This document shows positions 47,228 through 55,574 of a DNA stretch of 64,000 nucleotides, in pieces. The notes beneath the pieces are model-generated. The model saw only the letters and a list, made by a program, of their open reading frames with translations, searched no databases and had not been told where the DNA came from. The translations under genes and the position numbers were made by a program. This stretch comes from Syntrophobacterales bacterium (lineage in GTDB: Bacteria > Desulfobacterota > Desulfobaccia > Desulfobaccales > 0-14-0-80-60-11): assembly GCA_023229795.1 (NCBI GenBank), contig JALNYP010000014.1:4478-68477 (forward strand), read 5' to 3'. The number at the start of each line of letters is the position of its first letter. The stretch's first letter is position 1.

Positions 47228-48343
47228 CTATTCCACCGCCTGGCGATGGGGGAAGGCCTGGGGCCAGCGGGAGGGCTGGCAGCGCCGGTATTGGGGCGGG
47301 TATTCCAGGTCCACCCACAGCTCTTCGGCCGCGTGCCAGGTCCAGCGCGGGTCGTACAACATGCCTCGGGCCAGGGCCACCAGGTCGGCCTGGCGCCGGG
47401 CAATAATCTCTTCGGCCTGCTGCGGCTGGTTGATCATCCCCACCACCATGGTGATAAGCCCCGTTTCCTGCCGGATGCGGGCTGCGAAGGGCACCTGGTA
47501 GCCCGGCCCCACGGCCAGCCGTTGATAAGGCACCAATCCCCCGCCGGAAACGTCGATAAAATCGCAGCCCCGCGCTTTCAACTCCTGAGCGAAGGCCACC
47601 GAATCCACGATATCCCAGCCGCCCTCGGCGTAATCCATGGCGGAAATCCGCACCCCCAAAGGCTTATCGGCGGGCCAGGCCTCCCGCATGGCCGCGAACA
47701 CTTCCAGGGGAAAACGCATACGGTTTTCCCGGCTGCCGCCGTAGTCGTCAGCACGCAGATTACTCAGCGGCGACAGAAACTCGTGCAATAGGTAGCCGTG
47801 GGCCGCGTGCAGTTCCACCAGGTCGAAGTCCAGGCGGGCGGCCCGGCGGGTGGCCCGGACAAAGGCTTGCTTAATCGCCTGCAAACCCGCGGCATCCAGG
47901 GCCTGGGGCCGGGGCCAGGCGTCTCCGTAGCTGATCTCAGAGGGCCCCACCGTGGTCCAGGCGCCTTCCTTCGGCATCAGCGGCCGGCCATGCTCCTCCC
48001 AGGGCAGGTGATCCGAGGCCTTGCGTCCGGCATGGGCCAACTGAATCCCCAGGCGGCTAGCGCCGTATACCCGGCAGAATCCCACGATCCGGCGCAACGC
48101 GGCTTCATTGTCATCCGAATATAATCCCAGGTCGCCGTAGGTGATGCGCCCCCGGGGTTCGACCGCGGTGGCCTCGACCATTACCAAGCCAGGACCGGAA
48201 ACACTGAGGTTGCCCAGGTGCATGAGGTGCCAGTCGCCGGCGTTGCCGTCCTGGGCGGAGTACTGGCACATAGGCGAAACCACGATGCGGTTCGCCAGGG
48301 TCAGCTCCCGCAGGGATAAAGGCGAAAACAAGGCGCTGTGCAT
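47228..48343 (-). CDS. NADH:flavin oxidoreductase (OYE, YqjM/NamA-like)
   Basis: SPMCQYS, QLAHAGRKAS, HAAHGYLLHEFLSPLSN, PGYQVPFA. Confidence 0.93.
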   Translation of the reverse strand: MHSALFSPLSLRELTLANRIVVSPMCQYSAQDGNAGDWHLMHLGNLSVSGPGLVMVEATAVEPRGRITYGDLGLYSDDNEAALRRIVGFCRVYGASRLGIQLAHAGRKASDHLPWEEHGRPLMPKEGAWTTVGPSEISYGDAWPRPQALDAAGLQAIKQAFVRATRRAARLDFDLVELHAAHGYLLHEFLSPLSNLRADDYGGSRENRMRFPLEVFAAMREAWPADKPLGVRISAMDYAEGGWDIVDSVAFAQELKARGCDFIDVSGGGLVPYQRLAVGPGYQVPFAARIRQETGLITMVVGMINQPQQAEEIIARRQADLVALARGMLYDPRWTWHAAEELWVDLEYPPQYRRCQPSRWPQAFPHRQAVE

Positions 48344-48459
48344 AGAAGCCTCCCACTTTAAAGTGATGGTTCCAGCTCTATACTCCCCCTACGACCGAAG
48401 ATAATGTCTTCCGCCAATCTTTACCAGGGTGGCGATGAATTCCCCGGCTTTAAAGACAG

Positions 48460-48510
48460 TTGACAAGCAATCCATAAAACTCCACAAAATCTCCACAAAA
48501 TCTCCATATT
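48460..48510. promoter_or_regulatory. TTGACA followed by four helically phased TCCA direct repeats
   Basis: TCCA at 48471, 48481, 48492 and 48503 (CTCCACAAAAT unit). Confidence 0.45.
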
Positions 48511-48571
48511 TTTAAAAAATAATCATAGTAAAATTAGGCTCCTTAAGAAATATGGGCATCAGAGGAGCCTC

Positions 48572-49486
48572 ATGAAGAGCCGAATTGCCAAGCTCATCCT
48601 GGTTATCGCACTAAGCCTGTCCCTGGCGGCCGCTTCCGGCGCAGCCCTGGCCAACTCCGTAGTGCTCTCGGGGGTTCCAGAGTACGAATGGTATTACGGC
48701 TGCTCTCCCACCTCAGGCGGCATGCTCATGGGCTACTGGGCCGGCAAAGGCTATACCCAGTTGCTCCCCGGGGTGACCGACCCTCTGGTGCAATCCGCCG
48801 CCGTCAATAATAATATCGCTAGCACCGCGCACATTACCGCCGGCGGCACTTATGGCACCTATCTAGGCCATACCGCGGACTGCATTGCTGACTTCATGCA
48901 GACCGATAACGGCGGCACTTCCGGGGCCAATATCGCTACCGGCCTGACCGCCTGGACCAGTTACGCGGGCCTGACTGCCACCACGACTTATAGCGAAGTC
49001 TCTTATTTTACGGATGGAACTTTTAGCTACGCAGTTTTTGAGAATGAAATCAACACCGGCCGCCCTATGCTCCTCAATCTCGCGACCTATCTAATTTCGT
49101 ATGGCAAGTGGGTGGGGCACACGGTGCTGGCATACGGTTACGAGGACGATATGTTTCAAATCAGGCTTTCTAGCAGTACGGGTTACGTATATCTTACTGT
49201 GGCGGGCTTTGCGGTGATGGATACCTGGGTAAACGGCACGGGCCAGACCAGTTGGTACGATTGGGAGGGGGATATCGTCACCGCTCTTTTGATTGATGGC
49301 GTGGAGTGGTGGCCATATGTTGATTTGAGCGGCTATTCCTACGGCAGCCTCTATGATTGGCAGATCATCAGCGGGGTCACCTACCAACTGGTTCCCCTGC
49401 CGTCCACCCTGGTGCTCCTGGGCTCCGGTCTGCTGATCCTCTTGAGGCTGCAAAGGAAGAAAAGCTCTGAATTTATTAAAAATTAA
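48572..49486 (+). CDS. PEP-CTERM/VPLP-CTERM surface protein with papain-like (C39/C10-like) peptidase domain
   Basis: Signal peptide; WYYGCSPTS, GHTVLAYGY, VMDTW; C-terminal VPLPSTLVLLGSGL...RKK. Confidence 0.8.
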   Translation: MKSRIAKLILVIALSLSLAAASGAALANSVVLSGVPEYEWYYGCSPTSGGMLMGYWAGKGYTQLLPGVTDPLVQSAAVNNNIASTAHITAGGTYGTYLGHTADCIADFMQTDNGGTSGANIATGLTAWTSYAGLTATTTYSEVSYFTDGTFSYAVFENEINTGRPMLLNLATYLISYGKWVGHTVLAYGYEDDMFQIRLSSSTGYVYLTVAGFAVMDTWVNGTGQTSWYDWEGDIVTALLIDGVEWWPYVDLSGYSYGSLYDWQIISGVTYQLVPLPSTLVLLGSGLLILLRLQRKKSSEFIKN

Positions 49487-49558
49487 CGCCGCGGCTCCTG
49501 GTTCCGGTCATGGGGCTGGACAGGCTTCATCCCGGCAAGAAAGAGACAGGTCAGATCC

Positions 49559-50059
49559 TTGCGGGTTTTTCAGTGCCACCGGTGGTCATGGGCATGGATT
49601 ACAGGGGGGGTAGTTATGCTGATGCTGGCCGGATTGTCTTTAGGAATGCCGCCTCTGGCAAAGATCCAGGCAGATAATCTGGCCGCGGCGGAGGTCCTCA
49701 TCGGCCAGGTGATGTATGTCGGTCCGGACCTGGCCTCTCAATCTCCGGCCGGGACCCAGGGAGAAAAGCCGGCCTGGGACCGGTTTTCCTTACGGATCGT
49801 CAATGTGGTCAAGAGTCGGCGAGGGTCCCAGCCGGGAAACCAGGTGGAGGTCCGATTTCTCCGGGAACTGGAAAGCCCTATTAAAAGCGGCCTGATTCCG
49901 GTTCAGGTCTCAGCGGGTGATCTGGTAATCGTCTTTGCCAACCCCAAAGAAAAGGGCCAAGAGCTTCTGGTCCCGGTCTATGCCGGTTTCTCCATAATCC
50001 GGCTCAAGCCCCTTCCTCCGGACCAGCAGGCAGTTCCCTTTCCTCAGCCTCCCCGGTAA
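49559..50059 (+). CDS. exported hypothetical protein
   Basis: Hydrophobic N-terminus and a beta-rich OB-like pattern. Confidence 0.55.
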   Translation: MRVFQCHRWSWAWITGGVVMLMLAGLSLGMPPLAKIQADNLAAAEVLIGQVMYVGPDLASQSPAGTQGEKPAWDRFSLRIVNVVKSRRGSQPGNQVEVRFLRELESPIKSGLIPVQVSAGDLVIVFANPKEKGQELLVPVYAGFSIIRLKPLPPDQQAVPFPQPPR

Positions 50060-50660
50060 CCCCCCAGGACTCCTCCGGCGTTCGGCAACAGGAGGGGGGT
50101 CGCAGATTATTCCGCGGGGCCGATTCCACCCGTTCCCGGAACCGGCCCACCGCCCGGGGGATGAGCCTGCGCACCATGACTGCCCGGTCCATGGGGTTGA
50201 GCCGGGCGTAGGCGGCGTAATCAGGATAGTCGGGGTCTAGAACCGGGGCGGCCTGGCTGAACCTGGGCCCCAGGCGCCAGGCCCCCCGCACCAGTTCGAT
50301 GATGGGGGTGTCGGCTTCTGGCACCTCCCCCACCCACCCCAAACGGCGCATGACTTCGAACCGCACCCGGTCCACCAGAGCAAAAGCGGTGTCGATGATC
50401 TTCATCTTGGTGTCGTTATCCAGGTCATCCAGGCGGAAACGCACCGAGCCGCCCAGCCCTTGGGCGCCCATGACCAGGTCAAAGAAGACGTAGAGATTTT
50501 CCTGCCCCGGGGAGGCCAGATAAAGGAGGGTGGTGGGACTCAGGTCCTGCAGCCGGGTGTCGGGGCCGAACTGCTCCTGAAAGCGAGCCAGCCAGGAGCG
50601 AAAGCCCTGGTCCGCGGCCATCTTGGACCGGAAGCGTTCCAGGTCGATGATTTCAGCCAT
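50004..50660 (-). CDS. hypothetical protein
   Basis: Overlaps the stop of the upstream phosphatidyltransferase; MAEIIDLERFR start. Confidence 0.7.
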   Translation of the reverse strand: MAEIIDLERFRSKMAADQGFRSWLARFQEQFGPDTRLQDLSPTTLLYLASPGQENLYVFFDLVMGAQGLGGSVRFRLDDLDNDTKMKIIDTAFALVDRVRFEVMRRLGWVGEVPEADTPIIELVRGAWRLGPRFSQAAPVLDPDYPDYAAYARLNPMDRAVMVRRLIPRAVGRFRERVESAPRNNLRPPSCCRTPEESWGVTGEAEERELPAGPEEGA

Positions 50661-51237
50661 TGCCGTCCTCTTTGGCGTCGTTGCCCTGGAACACGTTCAT
50701 CTGCTTGATGCCGGCGTACAGATATTGAATGCCGGAAACCGAGGTAAAAATGCCGGTAACCCAGAAAAAGACCGACAGAACCAGGCTAGGGATGGGCCAG
50801 ATCTTGCTCAGCAGCACGAAGCCCACCGTGACCAGTTGGAAGGTGGTGGTCCATTTTCCCGCCATGGTGACTTTGATCACCAGGGGAATATCCCCCAGGC
50901 GAAAGATCAACACGCCCAGGGCCAGGGTGACATCCCGGCTGATCACCACCACGGTCAGCCAGGAGGGTATCTGGTGGTAGATGCTCAGGGTCACGAAGCT
51001 GGCGGCCATGAGGAGTTTGTCCGCCAGGGGGTCGAGATAGCTCCCCAGGCGGGACTTCTGTTGCCAGGTCCGGGCGATGAGGCCGTCCGCCATATCACTC
51101 ACCCCGGCCAGGATAAAGATCAACAGGGCCTTGCGATAATTCCCCTGGATCAAAAAAATGATGAACAGCGGCGTCAGGAGAATGCGGAGCAGGGTGATGA
51201 GATTGGGAATGGTGAGGCTAGCCTTGGATGATGCCAT
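50653..51237 (-). CDS. CDP-alcohol phosphatidyltransferase (PgsA-like)
   Basis: IPN.ITLLR, SDMADGLIAR...LGSYLDPLADK. Confidence 0.93.
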   Translation of the reverse strand: MASSKASLTIPNLITLLRILLTPLFIIFLIQGNYRKALLIFILAGVSDMADGLIARTWQQKSRLGSYLDPLADKLLMAASFVTLSIYHQIPSWLTVVVISRDVTLALGVLIFRLGDIPLVIKVTMAGKWTTTFQLVTVGFVLLSKIWPIPSLVLSVFFWVTGIFTSVSGIQYLYAGIKQMNVFQGNDAKEDGNG

Positions 51238-51493
51238 AGGGCGATTTTCGGTGAAAAGGGCTTTTTTGGAAAAGGTAACACAAGAAAGGTTAGCAAATCA
51301 ATGCCTTCCTGGGGATGGAAACCAAATAATGCCCACCGGAGGGCCTAAATGGCCTGGGTTCTCGTCCGGCTGAGCCCCCCCAAAAGCCGGGTGGGCGCGC
51401 AGCTTACGGCCCTCAGTGGCTCTGCCGCCTTGACACCATTGCCGGGCTTCATTTATGCTGACCGGGAGGCAACGGCCTCGAGGGGGGATGAAG

Positions 51494-51943
51494 ATGCGGG
51501 CGGTGGTACAGAGGGTCAAGGAGGCCTGGGTCCGGGTGGACGGGGAGGAGGTGGCCCGGATCGGCGCGGGCCTGTTGGTCCTGGCAGGGGTGGCGCACGA
51601 TGACGGTCCCGAGGACGTGGCCTATCTGGCCCAGAAACTTGCGCACCTGCGGGTCTTTGCCGGGGACGGCCGCCTCCTGCACCTCTCCCTGTTGGACCTC
51701 AAGGCCGAGGTCCTGTTAGTGTCCCAATTCACCGTGTTCGGGGATTGCCGCAAGGGCCGGCGGCCTTCCTTTGACCAGGCGGCTCCTCCGGAAAGGGCGG
51801 AAAAGCTCTACGAGGACCTGGCCCGGGCCCTGGCCGGGCATGGCCTGAAGGTGAGCACCGGCCGCTTCCGCCAGATGATGGACGTGGGCCTCATCAACGA
51901 CGGCCCGGTGACTCTGTTGCTGGATAGTAAAAAAGTATTTTAA
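51494..51943 (+). CDS. dtd: D-aminoacyl-tRNA deacylase
   Basis: MRAVVQRV, SQFT, KGRRPSF, NDGPVT. Confidence 0.96.
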   Translation: MRAVVQRVKEAWVRVDGEEVARIGAGLLVLAGVAHDDGPEDVAYLAQKLAHLRVFAGDGRLLHLSLLDLKAEVLLVSQFTVFGDCRKGRRPSFDQAAPPERAEKLYEDLARALAGHGLKVSTGRFRQMMDVGLINDGPVTLLLDSKKVF

Positions 51944-52066
51944 CCTATTATAAAATTGACAAAGCAGAACTAGACTATTATGGTTTTCAAGAACTTATCG
52001 CCCTGGCCGGAAATTGTCCCGGCAGACTGCTTATACGGTTGGCGACCCGGAGCCGCGGGAGACTCG

Positions 52067-52378
52067 ATGAAACTCATCGATTTGCAGAAAGTGGATACAT
52101 TTACCGCTGACAAGCCTTATCGGGAACTGTTGTATGATTCCGCCGATCTGCGGGTTCTGGCCTTCAACTTCGAGCCCGGCCAGGAGTTACCGGTCCATTC
52201 CCATCCTGCCGATGCGGATGTCACCCTGATGATCCTGGAAGGCGAAGGCGAGTTTACCGGCGCCCATGAAATGCCGGCCAGGCCCGGACTTATCCAGATC
52301 ATGCCGGTGGGCGACCCCCACGGCCTGAAGGCCCGTACCCGCCTGCGGATGCTGGTCTTCATCGCCCCCACCCTGTAA
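52067..52378 (+). CDS. cupin-domain protein
   Basis: GGGAG RBS; PGQELPVHSH...LEGEG...PHG. Confidence 0.85.
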   Translation: MKLIDLQKVDTFTADKPYRELLYDSADLRVLAFNFEPGQELPVHSHPADADVTLMILEGEGEFTGAHEMPARPGLIQIMPVGDPHGLKARTRLRMLVFIAPTL

Positions 52379-52467
52379 CTCCGCAGGCCCGGACCTGGCC
52401 CCGGCGGCGTGACCGCAGGCTTTAGATCTGAATTCAGGCTGAGAGCCCCAATCGAGCCCACGGCTTT

Positions 52468-53130
52468 ATGTTACCTATTTATCTAAAAGATCAGGAATTT
52501 TCCCCGCCGGACGACCCCATCTACTACCTCTTGACCCGGGATGGCCTGTTTTTGGTGAAACGCACCTTGTTCTTTGAGGCCGTGGTGCCGGCCGCGGGCA
52601 TTCCCTGGCTGGAGCCCCAGGAGCCCCGGGTCAACCTGAGCGCCCCGCCCCTGCCCGCGGCCCTGCTGCTGCAGGCGCTGGCCTGCTTCCGGGCCGTGTA
52701 TAACCGCTACCGGAGCGAAGCCGTGGTCCTGCTGGGCTGGCGGGAGGCCACCCGGACCTATGAGTTGGTCCTGCCCCACCAGACCGTGGGGGGCGGCCAC
52801 TGCGATTATGAGATCAAGGAATTCCCCGCGGGGCTGACCCGCTTAGGCACCATTCACAGCCATGCCGGGGTGGAGGCTTTTCACTCCTTGCGGGACTGGG
52901 AGGACGAACGATTCGAAGACGGCCTGCACCTGACCATCGGCAACCTGGACACCGAACTCACCCTGTCCTGCTCGGTGGTGGTCCAGGGCTTCCGGGCCCA
53001 GATCCCGCCGGAGCGCCTGTTCTCCCCCTACCCCATCCCCTGGGACCAGGCGCCGCCGGAGTCCGACTGGGCCGCCGAAGTAGAGCGCAAGGTAACGCCG
53101 CTACCGCCGCCGATTGAGTTTGGCCCGTGA
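52468..53130 (+). CDS. JAB/Mov34/MPN metallopeptidase (PRTRC protein A-like)
   Basis: E(AVV) ... GTIHSH....AFHS..D JAMM motif, DG.H.TIG. Confidence 0.85.
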   Translation: MLPIYLKDQEFSPPDDPIYYLLTRDGLFLVKRTLFFEAVVPAAGIPWLEPQEPRVNLSAPPLPAALLLQALACFRAVYNRYRSEAVVLLGWREATRTYELVLPHQTVGGGHCDYEIKEFPAGLTRLGTIHSHAGVEAFHSLRDWEDERFEDGLHLTIGNLDTELTLSCSVVVQGFRAQIPPERLFSPYPIPWDQAPPESDWAAEVERKVTPLPPPIEFGP

Positions 53131-53488
53131 AGGAAGTGAGCAGTTAAGAGCCGACGTCTCTGCAAGTAACCCTCTACCACTCAAAATCTTTTAACCCCCT
53201 GCGTTCACAAAATCGCCTTTTTTTGAAAGTTGATATATACTTTCCAACACCGACTGGAACGTAGGCTGTCTGCCCATCGGAGGCGCGTTTGGTAGGCCGG
53301 GCTGAAATTGAGGCGGGGGTTTTTGAACCATTGGCGGCCGCGCCGAAGAAGATCAGCATGGCCATTAGTTTCGCTTTTCTTCCCACCCTCCTGCGCTGGG
53401 CCCGCTTTATAGGTATGCTTCGGTCCCCAGCGGCAGTCTTCGAATTACCCCTTCTTCCCTTCATCCGCCTGTCTTTTGGAGTCTGGAA

Positions 53489-54529
53489 ATGAGACCCGTA
53501 ACCCGATGGACCTTCCTGACCGCAGGGTTGGTGGCGCTGGGAGGACTGGTATTCTGGTTTTGGGCCGCTCCGGGCCGGTCTCTACCCCATTATGCCGGAC
53601 CGGCCGAGAAAATTGCCATCAGCACCTCGGCAGATGCAAAATCCGCCTTACTTTTTATTGCACAGGACAAGGGCTATTTCTCCGAAAACGGCCTGGAGGT
53701 GACGCTGAAAACTTTTCCGTCCGGGAGAATGGGCTGTGAACAGCTCAAGGCGGGAAAAATCGATCTTGCCAATGCGGCTGATTTTGTTTTAGTGAGCGAA
53801 GTTTTTGACGGAACCACCTCTCTGAGGTGTATAGGGTCCATTGCCGCGGCAGATGATCACCAGGTAATCGCCAGGAAAGATCGGGGGATTCTGAGGCCCG
53901 GCGATCTGCGCGGGAAAAGAATCGGCGCCACTCACGGAACTTCGGCGGAATTCTTTTTAGGAAGATTCCTGGCTTTCAATAACCTGGGGCTCAGGGATGT
54001 GGCATTTGTCGATGTAAACGCCTCTGATCTGGAGGAAGCCCTGGCAACCGGCAGGGTAGATGCGGTCGTGGTCTGGGAGCAGTGGGCCTATGCAATTAAA
54101 AAGCGTCTGGGTGACCGAGTCGCCGCCTGGCCGGGGCAGAGCGGGCAGAAATACTATTGGCTGCTGATGAGCACGGACTCCTGGGCGAAAGCCCGGCGGG
54201 GGGTCTTGGAACGGCTGTTCAAAGCCCTGGATCAGGCAGAAATATTCCTGAAGAGCCACAAAGAAGAAAGCATCGAGATTGTCGCCCGACGGATTAATCT
54301 CGATCCTGTCAGCATTAAAGACAGCTTGAGCAGGAGCACGCTTGGTTTATCTTTGGATCAAGCGCTGTTCATCATGATGGAAGACGAAGCCCGCTGGATG
54401 ATTAAAAATAAACTGGCCGGGCAAGCCAGGGTGCCCAATTATCTGAATTACATGGATGCGGAGGCGCTTTTGCGAGTCAACCCCAAAGCCGTGGGCCTCA
54501 TAGCTCCCCGCCGGGCGGCCCCGCAATGA
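53489..54529 (+). CDS. NMT1/SsuA-like substrate-binding protein
   Basis: IAQDKGYF..NGL, DLRGKRIG, GTSAEFFL, VDAVVVWE. Confidence 0.85.
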   Translation: MRPVTRWTFLTAGLVALGGLVFWFWAAPGRSLPHYAGPAEKIAISTSADAKSALLFIAQDKGYFSENGLEVTLKTFPSGRMGCEQLKAGKIDLANAADFVLVSEVFDGTTSLRCIGSIAAADDHQVIARKDRGILRPGDLRGKRIGATHGTSAEFFLGRFLAFNNLGLRDVAFVDVNASDLEEALATGRVDAVVVWEQWAYAIKKRLGDRVAAWPGQSGQKYYWLLMSTDSWAKARRGVLERLFKALDQAEIFLKSHKEESIEIVARRINLDPVSIKDSLSRSTLGLSLDQALFIMMEDEARWMIKNKLAGQARVPNYLNYMDAEALLRVNPKAVGLIAPRRAAPQ

Positions 54530-55542
54530 TCCCTCCAAAGAGGCGAATCGCCATCCTGGTCCCATGGTTCCTTCTTATCCTCTGGTCCGGAACCTGTGGG
54601 CCAACCGGATGCTCGCCCCACGGCGGGCCGCCGGAAAAAATCACCATCGGTACCAACCTCAATGCGATGATCGGCCTAATATTCATTACCAAAACGCAGG
54701 GCTATGATAAAGACCACAACCTGGAAATCATCCTCAAAGGTTATCAAACCGGCCTTGAATCGGTAAGAGAACTCAAGGCAGGGCGGCTCGATCTGGCCAG
54801 TTGCGCGGAATTTGCCCTGGTCGAAGAAATTTTTGCCGGCGGCGCTGACCTCCGTTGTCTGGCCACTATTAGCTCTGGAGAAGTCGACGAGTTAATCGCT
54901 CGCCGCGATCAAGGCGTCAATCGTCCGGGAGATTTAAAGGGCAAAGCCATCGGAGTGCCCCGAAAAACCTCGGCGGAGTTTTTCCTGGGAAGGTTTCTGA
55001 CGTTTAACCATATTTCTCTTGGAGAAGTGAGGGTTGTGGACGTCAATCCATTTGACCTGGCGGACACTCTGGCCGCCGGCAAAGTAGACGCGGTCCTGAT
55101 CTGGGAGCCGATTACCCATGATATAAAAAAGAAGTTGGGAAATAACACGGTCGCCTGGCCGGCCCAGGAGGGACAACAAGTTTATCGGCTGTTGCTTTCC
55201 CGGGAAGAAGTCGTCAAAACAAAGGCCGCGGCCCTGGAAAAGCTGATGCGGGCCTTGGCTCAGGCCGCCGAATTTGCCAGGGAACAACCTGCTGCAGCCA
55301 GGGCGATTGTGTCCCAATGGCTTAAGGTTCCCGTCACTGACTTGCAAGCCCCCAAAAAATATGACTTATTTCTGGAGCAAGTCCTGCTGCTGGCCATGGA
55401 GGACCAGGCCCGCTGGATGATCGAAAATAAACTGACCGACCAAACCAGGGTGCCCAATTATCTGGAATACATCGATGCAGAGGTACTCTTGAAGGTGACG
55501 CCACAAGCGGTCAGAATTATCATCCCCAAAAACAAGATGTAA
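54526..55542 (+). CDS. NMT1/SsuA-like substrate-binding protein (tandem paralogue)
   Basis: DLKGKAIG, TSAEFFLGRFL, MEDQARWMI, VPNYL; clearly similar to the upstream gene. Confidence 0.85.
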   Translation: MIPPKRRIAILVPWFLLILWSGTCGPTGCSPHGGPPEKITIGTNLNAMIGLIFITKTQGYDKDHNLEIILKGYQTGLESVRELKAGRLDLASCAEFALVEEIFAGGADLRCLATISSGEVDELIARRDQGVNRPGDLKGKAIGVPRKTSAEFFLGRFLTFNHISLGEVRVVDVNPFDLADTLAAGKVDAVLIWEPITHDIKKKLGNNTVAWPAQEGQQVYRLLLSREEVVKTKAAALEKLMRALAQAAEFAREQPAAARAIVSQWLKVPVTDLQAPKKYDLFLEQVLLLAMEDQARWMIENKLTDQTRVPNYLEYIDAEVLLKVTPQAVRIIIPKNKM

Positions 55543-55574
55543 ATAATTCGGCCCGCTCTTAGGAACCCAGCCCC

